Assembly (NCBI GenBank): GCA_951406725.2
Contig: OX597815.1
Span: 156,054,001 to 156,118,000, forward strand
Origin: Octopus vulgaris
Taxonomy: Eukaryota
Direction of reading: 5' to 3'
Length of the DNA: 64,000 bases
Shown: positions 24,016-36,658 of the stretch, piece after piece
Numbering within the stretch: the first letter of the stretch is position 1
Layout of the letters: every line of letters starts with the position of its first letter
The notes under the pieces: generated by a model
Told to the model about the DNA's origin: nothing
Databases searched by the model: none
Seen by the model: only the letters and a program-made list of their open reading frames with translations
Program-made: the position numbers and the translations under genes

Positions 24016-26765
24016 TTATGTAGGTGAGTTTACAGAAATATCAACAGATATGCAGATTGAGAGATAAAGTAATTGTTATGCAAATAGATATGTAGCTGAA
24101 TAGAAACGAAATGAGAAGAAATGAAAATAAATACAATTGGTAAATAACTTGGACTGAGCCTTGTTGGTAGTCGGAAAGCAGAAAATGTAGTTTTTACATA
24201 GATACGCTCGCGAGTACACACACACATGCATAAGTTTTATGCTTGTCTTTGGATTTTATTTTTGACAAGGGTCTGTCAGTGCTGTCACCTACAATTGCTT
24301 TCAGAGTAAGTGAGAGAAAGCGAGACAAAGTTTAGTAAGGAAGAGAAGAGAAGGTGAAAACTCATTAAGGGGAGAGAACCGCTTCAGGCTTTGCCCTTAA
24401 GCTATAAAATTAATCACATTTGTCAAACATATATAGAGAAAGTTGATAAGCAATACCTTCTAAGTTCATTCTGATTAGATTTAAAAGTAAAATTTTTGAA
24501 ATTCCTAACTTAATATTTAATATGTTACTATTTTCAGACATGTTAAGTTACACCGTGGAATTTCCACGGGTCCCGTAAGGAGTAGTATTATGTTGAAAGC
24601 ATCCAAAAGGTAACGGATACTTTATCGTAAAGGCACCCAATTGTGACTTTCGCTCACGATAAATCAAAATGATCTGAAAGTTCATACCTCAGTTGATGTT
24701 TATGCCACTCTGTGATTCAGAATAGTTTTATGCAATAGTTCCTACGTTACATTTGCATAGGATGAAAAAATATTTTAAAGCTTTTATTAAAATTCTACTG
24801 TATTTGTCATTGTTGTTGCTGTTGTGCCCCAGGACAGCAATGATGGAATATGTGATCAAAGACTTTCTATCTACGATAATTCCACTTTCTTTTTCATTTA
24901 GACATAGAATAATTAAGACAACGGTATTTGAAGCATCATATTTTCTTTCTTTTATGACAGTCGGATTGCTGACATAAATTTAACTACTGATTTAGTAAGT
25001 CGAGTCCCACCCAGAAACCCTCTCGTTATCTGATTTTTCAAATTAAGCAAACATAGCTACCTAACTGAAAGACAGTTTTATTCTTATGACTATAAAACCA
25101 AGCAGGCTGAGATTAGATGTTTGGGAAATAGTGTCGCGTTATTGTCCATTCCATGCTTTGGCTATGAATTTATCAGAGTAGGAGGAAAATGTTCTATTCG
25201 ACCTAATACAAAGTGCTGAATCCTTTGAAATTAATGAGTGGATAAAAATTCAATGCCCGGATTTCCAAATAGATCAGTTATATTAAGAAGCAGGAAAGAA
25301 GGAACATGTTGGCCGAGGTGGTTGTGTAATGCAGCTTCCTGGATTCGAGAACCATCGGCTGTTGAAAAGACAGAGAGAAGTACTAACTCTGTGAGCTAGT
25401 TATTACAGTGCGTTTGTGAATATATTCGCCAATCAGTGAGATGACTTCTGGATAAGATCTAAGAAGTTTCACGTCAGTAACAGAACATAGATTCTGATAT
25501 TTTATATTGGTTGCTTCGACCTAAAACATAAATGAATTAATTTCGTTTTCACTAAACCAATCAAATGAGATGTGTATGGGAGTAAAGAATTGGGGCACTT
25601 AGGAGTTTAATTCACTAACACATGGGATATATTAGCACCACACTGTCATCCTTTTGTAAATTTGGGGAGAGTAGGATGTAGTGGGGTCATAGATCAGTAA
25701 TGTCACCAGCACTTCAATGGAATTTAATTTGTCCATCATATCTACCCAGATGTTTGGTTTGTAGACCTTAAAATTAATTTAACTCCGTTGAAGTTTGAAC
25801 TCATGAAGGGACACGGTAGAACATCAAAAAGTAATTTGCTTGCTGCTTAACCGACTCTGCTATCCTCATCACTTGACTCATCAATAAAGGTGGTTACTGT
25901 TTTATAAGAGAGTTGATGTTTCATAGAAACACACTAGCTGTCGTTCAGTAAGAGGGACAACATGTGTGTGTATTTAATTATTATAAACTTGTAAGGTTTC
26001 ATAAAAGTCCATTTACGACACGTAAAACGTAATTTTTGGGGGTGCATTAATTAAAGCTAGGCATGCTTCTTCATAAAATAGCCTTAATTTTTGCATGACA
26101 TTTCATAAATTTTGCTGACCTCAATTACACTTAATCAAATAATGCCATATTTTAGGAGCTACGTTTAGCTTTATATAGTATAGCTCTAATTATATGGCTA
26201 AAGGTTACCTCCCTTCCAAGGGTACATGTATTTACAAAACAAAATATGATGTCCCATAAATTTATTTCCGATCGATAATACACAGTTGTACATGTGAAAT
26301 GATTTCATCCTCATTTGTTTGAAAAAAATCTATGCTTTTTGATGTATTTTGAGAAGTATGTGTGTTGTGGGGGGAGGTGTTTTCTATTTACACAAAAGGG
26401 TAAGGAATGAGATTGAAAAAGAAATCGAATGTAATCAGATAAAAATATTATGAACCAAATATAGATTCTAATTTTGGCCATAACTTTTAGGGGTGAAGGT
26501 GTTAGTCAATTGCATCGCCTCCAGTGCTCAATAACAGTCGACCTCGATGGAATTTGATCTTAGGAACTTAAAGAGCTGAAAGATTCAAGAAGTCTCGGAG
26601 TTGCAAGACCTACAAATGGTATAAAAAAGTAAAGCAAAGAAAAGAAAGGATGGCCAAAAGGCGAAAATGAAAAATAAGCCAGGGCAGATGACAGTCATCA
26701 GCGTAAACATACACGTACACACATACACACACATATCTGTGTGTGCACATGTGTGTGTGTGTGTG

Positions 26766-26837
<72 letters not shown>

Positions 26838-27590
26838 TGTGTGTGTGTGTGTGTGTTTGTAAATATATATCCAAAAACGTTAGATGTATCCAGCATGTTG
26901 CCATTTAGAATTTTTTTTACGGGAGCAAAGAATTAGCTTCGAAAGAAGATATGAGTACTTAGAACTATTTTCTAAAGAAAGATAAGTTTCATCATTCTAA
27001 TGTTAATTAAAATGAACGGCAGAATGAACACATCGGTTAATAAAATAAATAAATATATGAATAATGAATAAAGCATATGATGAGTTGTGAAGGGAGAGAC
27101 ATAAAGGGAAAACAATATAAGGTTTAATATCTAAAGGAAGTTCAGAGACAGAAAGGTGAGCTTGAATTATTGGAATTTCACGCGCTGCTTATTTTGAGAG
27201 TCGGCAACCTTTTTGTTTTAAACAAAAACATTGATATAGCATCCGCATTCACCCATACTTCTTTTATCTGAATAATCATAAACACATTAATCTATATCTA
27301 TATATATATATAAAGATGAGAATGTGTGTCTGTGTGAATCACTAAAACTTGAGACTACACAACCAATTTCATTCAAATTTTACACATGCCTTACTTAGGG
27401 TCCATGTAGTGTCATGGGCAAAAAATGTTTAACTTCTTGCCTAGTGCGAGCCCACAGCAATATCATATCTTCTCTACTAATTCAGTATTACATGTCAAAA
27501 GTGAAACCAAAACATCTCTCTATTGTAATGTCAGATTCTTTCACTTTAATACTTTCACGTTAATACTGAAACTATTAAAGTGAAACTATT

Positions 27591-27732
27591 ATATAAGAGG
27601 GATGAACTGTAAGTGGACTTACATTACGCTAGAAGAAGATCCGCTATGGTCTTACCACTTACAAAGGAATGGCAGGACCATAGCGGATCTTCTTCTAGCA
27701 TAATGTCCACTTACAGGTCATCCCTCTTATAT
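27591..27732. repeat. Near-perfect ~140 bp hairpin (MITE-like), TA-flanked
   Basis: atataagagggatgaactgtaagtggac...gctagaagaagatccgctatggtc pairs with gaccatagcggatcttcttctagc...gtccacttacaggtcatccctcttatat. Confidence 0.85.
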
Positions 27733-27843
27733 GTATGCAATATATTTTTTCTGAAACTTCAGACTTTTCAATATGCTACACCATATTTTTCACCCTTATT
27801 ATCTTGAATTAAAATTTACACGAATATATATAGATGTATATAT

Positions 27844-27936
<93 letters not shown>

Positions 27937-28079
27937 TGTATATGTATACATGTATGTGTATAGCTGTATATGTGTACATGTATATGTATAGATGTACATG
28001 TAATATGTACACATATATATACACATATATACATGCATACATATATACACCCATACACACACACTCACACGCACACATA

Positions 28080-28245
28080 GGTGCAGGTGGGGCTGTGTGG
28101 TAACAAACTTAGTTCCAAAACACTTGGTCCTCGGTTCAGTTCCACTGTGTGTTGACTTGGCATGTGTCTTCTGCTATAGCCTCAGACCAACCAAAGCCTT
28201 GTCAGTGGAGTTTGTAGATAGAAACTGAAAGAAATCAATCGTATA
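28080..28245 (+). mobile_element. 5' half of a family-A SINE
   Basis: ggctgtgtggtaac...ggttcagttccactg...gtgtcttctgctatagcctc...gaaactgaaagaa. Confidence 0.75.
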
Positions 28246-28246
28246 C

Positions 28247-28279
<33 letters not shown>

Positions 28280-29411
28280 ACAGTTTGCTTTGACATACAC
28301 TTAGATTGTGATTTCTGCAATGTGGTGCATAAATTGTCAAGTAAATAAGAGGCATCTTTGCCTCCACTGATTCAGTTGCAAAGTGTTGAGTAAAGTTATT
28401 TGATTGCAGACCTCCTTTCAGTCTTTTAATTATAACTATGTCACACATAGTCCCCACATGGCAACATTGATTTCAAGGCCTTCCCAGATAAGTGACTGGT
28501 TATTCAAAGACAGTTATAGATTGTAAATTTATTCTGTCTAGTTACGTATCAGTATAGTGGTCATTTGCAAACTCCAGAGGTGACACTTTTATTTCTCCTT
28601 AGCCCTCACGTCACACAGTTGTTAATGTTTATTTCAGTTGGGTCACGCCCTTCCAATTGCTATAGATTCGTAATGCATCTTACGGCTGTGCCTGTCACCT
28701 GGATGGTGAGGAATCCTACATCGGGTGTGGTAACGACTAGGTTAGGGTAGCTGACTACTTATTGTGATCATTTGTCATTTGGTTTCCTGTAGCTTTGCAC
28801 TCTTTTACAAACCCAGTGAACATATATTTCCTATTTCAAAGAAATTCAAACAATAGATATACGACTCAAGTTAAAAAGATTCTCAGCAATTCAACTTCTC
28901 TGAGTTGACATTAAGACAGCCGCCCCCAATAGGGGCCTTAAATCTCACATGACCTCCATTTTTCAGGAGTAAAATCCTTTTAACAGGTTCTATAACACTG
29001 GAAGTTTGGAATATGCGCATAAAAATCAGTAGTATGGGATACATGTGGCACGATTACAATTTTTTAGGGTGTGTAAAGAGAAAAATAACCTTCATCTGCA
29101 ATTTTGATGAAATTCGAAACATAGGTATTCCAGTTCATTACAGAAAATATAACAGAAAAGTCTAATTCTTCAATTGCATGTGACACAGGCAACACCGGGT
29201 ATCTCTGTTAGTACATTTATATACGTGCGTTAGTAAGTACATTCATATGCATACGTTCATACATACCCGCGTTCGGGCGCTAAAACCACATATATATGTA
29301 TGAGGAGTTGCTGAAAAGTTTCTGACTTTGGGTATAAGAAGACACAGAAGAATCAACTAATTTTCATTTTAATCAACAGGAGTGGCTGTGTGGTAAGTAG
29401 CTTGTCTAACC

Positions 29412-31434
29412 TCTGAACTGTTCGGACATGTTATTTTGCTGCTCCGGTTGCCACGTTGTTTCAACGTGAATTGTTGAACTTTCGACTCGACTAAAGGTAG
29501 GAATTTTGTATTTTTGCGAGCGAAGTGAAGTTTTATTACTTGCATTAATGTTTTTTAGCATTAAATATTTTTTTAGTAGATAATAAGGCTCCACTTTGCT
29601 CCGGATATAATTTTTCTGCCTGTTGTCGGGTGTAAAGAAAATTGTGTTTTTGAGGCGGCGTATTCCGTCTACAAAAACTATTTTTGAAATTGTCGTTTTA
29701 TTTACCAAGGTGTTGTACCAACCATATATTTGGCCTGGAATACAATTTTTGGCCGAAAAAGTGAACAAAAAAAAAAGAAAAATTAATTCCTTTGGCTGAT
29801 CTGAACTCTCTTTCTCTGTCTATCATTCATTTGTAAAAAAGAACTTTTTTTGAACTGCCATTTTAATTTTATTTCTTCCCTTCTGTTGCTTGTTTTCATT
29901 CTCCTTCTGTGTCTAATTTATTTTGTAACACTTTGAACTGTTTTTTTTTACGTTATGGCAAGGAATTTCACAGTGTGGGAATTAACACCTCCCAAAAAAT
30001 ATTTGAACGAACTTGAGGAAAAGACAGTGGTGCTGAGGACATATTCGAAGTCACTCGATACCATAATGGTCTTTCCGAAAGACACAATTATGAACGAGCT
30101 GGCAGACTATATGCCAGCCGTTAAACATATTCAACGGGGAGCCAAATACTAAACGATTTGGTTGCTGTTTGACTCCCCTAAAGCAGCTTGCGATTTCGCG
30201 AGTAAGCCCATTGAGGGCGAAGAGATTCTGTTTCTCCCAAGCTATAAGGGGGAAAAATTGATACGTTTATGGGTCTGCGGCCTGCCGGCCGGCTTTGAGT
30301 CTGAGTGGGTGGAAGATTTCATCCGCCGGGGTCTGAGTGGTGGTAGCGCCAAGATCCTGAACGTGAGAATGCAGCCTGCGGCTGACTGGGAAGGGGCAAA
30401 GGCTACTTTGACTCTGTGGACCCAGTCGGCCAAGAGTCTGGTTTTGCCGGACTTCCTGAAGATGGCCGGGTCCAAGTATCCGGTGATGCTAGAGGGACGC
30501 GCCCCCAAGTGTCACCTGTGTTCGGAGACCGGCCATATTAAGAAAAACTGCCCCAGGAACCAGAGTAGGATCCTGGAGAAGTTAATATCAGAGCCTCTCC
30601 CTGCCCCACCAATGGAGGGAGAGAAACAAAGTGAGGAGGGGGAAAAATCCTCCTCCAAAAGAAAAAGAAGAGTGGGGAGCAATGTCGACCCACAAAAGGA
30701 ACCGGAGGCTGCGGAAGAAAAAGAGGACCCGGTGCGTATAGCACCGGAACCTCAACCTCCCGAGGCCCAGCGTAAAAAGAAAAAGAAAAAGAGGATCGGG
30801 ACGCCACCGGCGGACTGTAACACCCAGAAGGCGTCTCCCAGGTGTCCTCCGGCGATTGTGATGCCGGAGAAATTTTATGTAGTCCTCTTCCATAAAGGAG
30901 GCACTGTAGAAAATGAAATACGTAAGAGGAGGAAGAGAAACGAATGGGAGGGACTTCGGTCCTGCATGGAGTATCCCGAGTGGCCTTCGCAGCTGGCTGC
31001 GGAGGTCCTACTCGAAAATGATATGTGCAGGATCGAGAATTCTTTCCCGAAGGATCTCTTGCAAGTCATACCTGTATGCGGAAGCCTGACGATGGACGAT
31101 TGCGTCATTAAAGCAAGAGAGTTCATCGGTCAGGTAACGTAAAATTGTAATTGTGTTACATTGTGACAGAGGTTTATTGCCTCTGAAGAGACTTTTAAAA
31201 GTGTAAATTGTTAATTGAAATTTTTGTGAAAATTTTTTGAAATTTTTGTAATTTTTGAAATTTTGTAAATCATTGAAAAAAAAAAAGAACATTGTTTTAG
31301 AGAAGCAAAAGTCGGCGGGCGCTTTCTGACTTCTCCCATCACCATATTCATCAATCACCACCATCATCCATTAATATCCTTGTCCAGCCCGTAGCTGCTC
31401 TTTGTGCTGCCCTTGTGGCAAATTAAATGAAATA
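29412..31434 (+). mobile_element. ORF1-only non-autonomous retrotransposon (HAL1-like 'half-Tx1')
   Basis: ~540 bp 5' UTR, one ORF1-like frame, ~290 bp 3' UTR ending tggcaaattaaatgaaata like the neighbouring Tx1. Flanked by target duplications; no EN or RT sequence. Confidence 0.8.
29955..31142 (+). pseudogene. ORF1/Gag-like nucleic-acid-binding protein (CCHC knuckle) with one in-frame stop at 30150-30152
   Basis: The 65 aa and 326 aa ORFs share a frame. EGRAPKCHLCSETGHIKKNCP is a CX2CX4HX4C knuckle. Aligns with the Tx1 ORF1 (EKTVVLRTY/KRTVVFKTF, QRGAKY*TI/ARGRAYGTV, PSYKG/ASYRG). Confidence 0.8.
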
Positions 31435-31840
31435 AAGTAGCTTTGCTAACCTCACTGACAGAAGAGTGACTTTGCTTACCGTACTACGGTTTGGACGCGT
31501 TTTCTTCCCGGTAAGAGTTTTGCTGTGTTGTTAATTGTTGAATTCCTACTACTGAAAATTTGCCTTTAAACGTTGCTGAACTGTCTTGTTCTCCGGTTTT
31601 ACCGGGAAATAATTGAATAACTTCTTACCGTTGAACTGTTAGCCACTGTGGCTTTTTATTTACGTGACTATATATAGTCCTGCCAGACTATTTTCGTGCC
31701 CCTCCCCCGAATGGGGGTGGGAATTGGAATTTTTGAACTGCTTTTTTGAACTACTTTGGAAGAAAAACTTTCTATAGGTTTCCCAGTTCTGTGGGAAACC
31801 AATACTCGTAATTTTTGTGTTGTCTAATTTCAACAGAATA

Positions 31841-33244
31841 ATGTCTGTTGAAATTATTCACGAAAGTAGTGCTCTTGAGGAGAGCAATGTTAAAAAATTT
31901 TCTGCGGTAGCCGCAGTGGCTACCGGGAACATTGACGTCGATGTCAACCAGCTCGTCGAGCTATTTAAAAGAATGCAAGAGGAGGGTGGTGATGTTAAAA
32001 TATCACCCTCCGCCAGTATCGTGGAGACCGAGAAGCGGACCGTAGTGTTTAAAACTTTCTGTCCACAAAGCAGAAGGTTCAAACACTTTGAAAAAAGCAC
32101 CATCGAGAAATACCTGTCCCCGATTTGGAAGGACATCGTGTACGTCGCCAGGGGACGGGCATATGGCACTGTGGATGTCCGCTTCTCGGGGGAAGAAATG
32201 GCCCGCGGTCATTCTGTGAACCCCCTAAAAACCAAGGAGGTGGTACTTTTCGCAAGCTATAGGGGACGCAGGACGTCCCGGGTCAGGATTGTAGAAGCCC
32301 CGCCGGAAGTAGATCCGGTAGAGGTAGTGGCCGCCCTGTTATATAAAAGGGCGGACAAAATAAAAATACTAGAAGTAACATGCTCTATCCCTCGATTTTG
32401 GCTCGGGCGTAACATTAATATATTAATTCAAGGAACAGCGGAGGACCTGCAGCTCCTTCCTGAGAGGGTGCTCGTGGGCGAGAACGTAGCCCTCAGGGTA
32501 CAGGTCGAAGGCCGAAAACCCACCTGTTACGCCTGCGGCAAAAAGGGCCACATTCGTGTAGACTGTCCAGACAAGCAAAAGAAACCGCAGACACCAGGCC
32601 CCTCAGATAATAAAAAGTCCCTACCCTTGCAAACACACCTACTCCTACAAAAACAAAAAATCCCACTCCTGCTGTTACGGTGCCAACCCCAAAACAGACT
32701 GAAGAAAAAACCCAGCCCTCGCACTCACAAACCCCTACACTATTAAAACCTCCCACCCCCCTAAAAACTGCGGCGCCTACCGAACAAACTATTGCTACCC
32801 CAGACGATACCATGGAGGTATCAGAGGGGGGATTTACACCAGTTCGTAAAAGAATTCGAGCAGCATCCCCGTCCACATCCCCTACAAAAAATAATAAAAA
32901 CAAAGACACACCACAGACACGGAAAAAAAAAATCCTGCTCAACTGGCCCAGAAAAAGAAGACAAAAAAGAAAATGAACTCATATTAATTGAATTCGACAC
33001 ACAAGACAAATACATAAACGATATTGTGGTTCAGCATCAGTCAGCAAGACTGTACAACAAATACAAAGATCGAAATAGACACGCGTGGATTGCGGAAACA
33101 ACGTTCAAACAATTAAAAGACAGACACCCAAACGCCATACGGCATATCGCGAACTTGCCGGACTATCTGAAGAAAGAGGAGAAAGAAGGGGCCCACAAAC
33201 GTGTGGTGAGGTCGGCCCCCACCTCTCCAACGAAATGTAAGTAG
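31841..33244 (+). pseudogene. Tx1 ORF1 (CCHC zinc knuckle), two frameshifts
   Basis: EGRKPTCYACGKKGHIRVDCP. Continues through overlapping ORFs 32680-32976 and 32792-33244 with shifts near A-runs. Confidence 0.8.
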
Positions 33245-33261
33245 AACTTTTACTTTTTGTA

Positions 33262-36200
33262 ATGGCTTCGCTTAACCTTGGTTGTTTAAATGTGCGTGGT
33301 CTGAGTTCGAAGTGGAAGCAGGCTTGTTTCCTCGACGACCTCAGACCACATGATATACATGTGATGGTTGCTACAGAGACCAAGCTGGACAGCCTACAAA
33401 CCTTCTCGCCTCTCCTGAATGGCTACGAGAAAAGCATGTCTCCTGGCCAGACCGGAGGGCGAGGGGGCGTAGTGGTACTGATCCGTAAAGACTTGGCTCT
33501 ACAGACAAGTACAGTCTATGTAGACCCGGAAGGTGGGCTGGTCGTCCTTGATGTGACATACAGCAGTAAGGCCTTCAGGTTGATCGGACTCCATGCACCT
33601 TGTGCTAGAGGTTTCCAAACTGATTTTTATCGGCGCCTAGAGGGCTTTCTCGTGACGTCGAAGACTTTAGTGATATTAGGGGACTTTAATGCTATCGTTG
33701 ACGTACACATCGATAGCGTTGGCTCGATCTATAGGAAAGTGAACTCACGTCTCGTGGATCTGCTTAAGCGGTTTCAGCTAGCAGATCGTTGCAGACTTGA
33801 CCATCCGAACGTCCCAGAGTGGACCTGGATGAGTGGCGACGGAAGGTTCAAGTCTTATCTAGACAGGATAGTGATAAGAACTAGAGATAAGTCTAGTTTT
33901 AGTTGTCCACAGCTCGTCCAGGTGCCCTATACTGACCATAGAATGGTCACGTGTAGACTGGACATAGATAGCACACTTAAGATAGGAACCGGCTACTGGA
34001 AGCTGAACAAGTCTATTTTGACACGCGAGGCATACCGTTGCCGGATTAAGGTGTTAGTGCAGAGGGCGTTAACCGGAGCCGTGGTTAATAACCGGTGGTG
34101 GTTCACCCTCAAAAGAGCCATTCGATTCGAGTCCATTAGATTTAGTAAACAACTAAGACTAGATAGGGCTAGAATAGAAGGGCAACTAGTTAAGAACTTA
34201 GAGGAGGCGTTGAGGTTGGGCTCTGCATCTCACATTTTAGCGGCGAGAACGGCATTAGACCGTCACCTCAAAACCAAACATGAGGGATGTAGAGTCCGGG
34301 CTAAAGTACGAGCATTGGGCCGTGAGGGAATTAATGTTGCCGGATGGGCCCGTACGATAGAAACACAGCGTGGAAACGATGCCACAATTGGGTCTCTTGA
34401 TGAAAACGGATGCACGATCAAGAAGCGGGACGAGATGTGTGAGGCACTTCACAAGCACTTCGCCGAGTTGTTCGGGAGGTGCGGGACGCTGGATCATGGT
34501 GAGGCCCTTAGGGACTTCCTGTCTGGTGGCCCGCGCCTATCGACACGAGAGGCTGAGTACTGTGAAGGGCCAATCACAGCCGAGGAAGTAATCGAGGTGT
34601 TGGGCAAGTGCCCCGGGGAGAAGTCGCCGGGTCTCGATGGTCTGCCCTATGAATTTTATAGAAGTATGCCAGACTTGTTCGGGCACCTGCTGGCTAGCGT
34701 CTACGCCAACTGGCAGCAGAATGGGAGAATTCCCAAGTCTGCGAGCCGGGGGGCGGTGACGTTGATCAGGAAGGACCCGAACAAGGGGGACGAGATAGGG
34801 AACTTCAGGCCCATAACTCTGTTAAACACAGAGTTAAAGATTCTGGCCAAGGTGCTAGCAAAAAGGTTGGCGCGGGTCGTGGACAAACTTGTCGGGGAAG
34901 CGCAAACGTGCGCTATCCCCGGCAGAACGATCCACGACAATCTCCACCTTATACGCTACTCCTTAGAGAGGGTGGGGAAGCTTTCTGGCGCAGGGGGAGC
35001 ACTGGTACATTTAGACCAGTCCAAAGCATTTGATAGGGTCGACCATCGGTACCTGGCGGCGGTCCTCGGAGAGGCTGGCCTAGGCCCGACCTTTCGAGGT
35101 TGGATCGCTGCTTTGTATAGCGACATCGAGTCTGTAGTCAAGGTGAACGGTTCCTTTTCGAAGCCGTTCAGGATCGAGCGTTCAGTTCGTCAAGGGTGTC
35201 CCCTGTCCTCGCTCCTATACGTATTGGCTCTTGAGCCTTTGCTGCGGAAGTTGGAGGCACTAGGGGCGCGCCGCATGATCTATGGTGTGGAAGAGGAGCT
35301 ACGGCGTATGCGGATGACACCTCCATCATCGTGGCAGACGAAGGCCTGCTTCCAGTGGTGGAAGAGGCCATCAAAAGCTACGAGGCGGTGGCAGGAGCAA
35401 AGGTTAACAAGGACAAGTCGGTCGGTTTGCAACTCGGCACCTGGAGGGGAAAGCCGATGCCGTCCAATAACGTCGTAGGGCGTTGGACGGAAGGTCCTGT
35501 TAAGCTGCTCGGAGTCTGGTTCGGGCCAGACCTCCAGATTGAGAAAAATTGGAGTGAGGTGGCCAACAAGGTGACCGCTCTAACCCAGACCTGGTCTGGG
35601 CAGGTGTTATCCCTGCTAGGGAAGGCGGAGGTGGTGCAGATGTTTATAGCATCAGTAATCACCTACCGTCTGACCGTGGTGCCTTGCCCCGATTTGTGGC
35701 TGAACAATTTGGAGAGAATCCTTTTCCGATTTTTGTGGAAAGGAGGAAAGCCACTTGTAAAGCGCTCTGTCTGCTGCCAGAAACCGCTAAAGGGTGGGCT
35801 AGGGATGCCTTGGCTGAGGATGCGAAAACTCGCGTTGAGGTTGAGGCACCTCTGGCTTTACCTGGATGGAGAGCAGGTGTGGTCGCCGCACGTCCAGTTC
35901 TATCTTCCCCAGTTAACATCCCTAATGGACATCGGTGCATGGATCAAGCGGAGACCTAAACTGAGTGAATGGCATTTGGAGTGCCGTCAGGCGCTCCAGC
36001 TACTATCTCGGGTGGGCAACGCCGGCAAAGGAGTTCCACCACGGATTTCTATAGCGGGTTAGTGGAGATTAAGTCCGAAGATGCCTTGGGGGAGACCCTG
36101 GGCTACGATGAAAATCAGTTGGTCAACCTGTTCCGGAGGACGTTCGGGCCGGGGTATCTGGATAATTACCAGAAATCCCTAGCCTGGCAGTGTTTCCGTG

Positions 36201-36658
36201 CGGCTTTACCTGTTCGCGACAAGCTGTCAAGGCACGGTAGTGCCGTCTCGCCGACATTCCCGCGATGTGAGCAGGATAGGGAGACCGTCTTGCACGCATT
36301 CGTGGAGTGTCCGGAGTTATCGGGACTGATAGCTTTTGTTGAACAACTGTTGTCAGTGATGGGAAGAGTACAGCTATCAGCTGAGTCTATCATCGAGATT
36401 GTGCCGCCCTCTTTCCTTAACAGGGAAAGAAAGGCTTGTTTTTTCTGTGTAGTAGCCATACTGAAAGAAACAGTATGGAAGACGCGTACGAAAGGTATAG
36501 TGACAGGCACCTTTGACTCCGGCCAGGGGTTGATTAACTTTTTTAGTTACCACCTCAGTAGCAAAATCAGGCTGGAGAAGAGGTGTCTGTCACGAGATAT
36601 GTTTGTGAAAAGATGGAAGCCTGTGGCATACAAGATGGGTATGTTTGGCACCAGGTAA
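33262..36658 (+). pseudogene. Tx1 ORF2: APE endonuclease, reverse transcriptase, C-terminal zinc finger; two frameshifts
   Basis: NVRGL, GDFN, YLDRI, TDH (APE). KSPGLDGLPYEFY, FRPITLLN, LDQSKAFDRVDH, RQGCPLS, with YADD in a shifted frame near 35307. (F)PRC..ETVLHAFVEC finger has its first Cys lost. Confidence 0.92.

Larger units (their letters stand above)
27291..29211 (+). mobile_element. Non-autonomous Helitron-like element with nested inserts
   Basis: A|TCTATATCTATATATATAAAG start. 3' end caggcaacaccgggtatctctgTTAG|T is a degenerate GC hairpin plus CTAG-like terminus. A/T insertion site, no TSD. Confidence 0.6.

Noticed and set aside
29406-29768. 120 aa antisense ORF in the half-Tx1 5' UTR (ORF0-like?)
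   Set aside because: Non-ATG start, compositionally biased, no counterpart in the Tx1 UTR.
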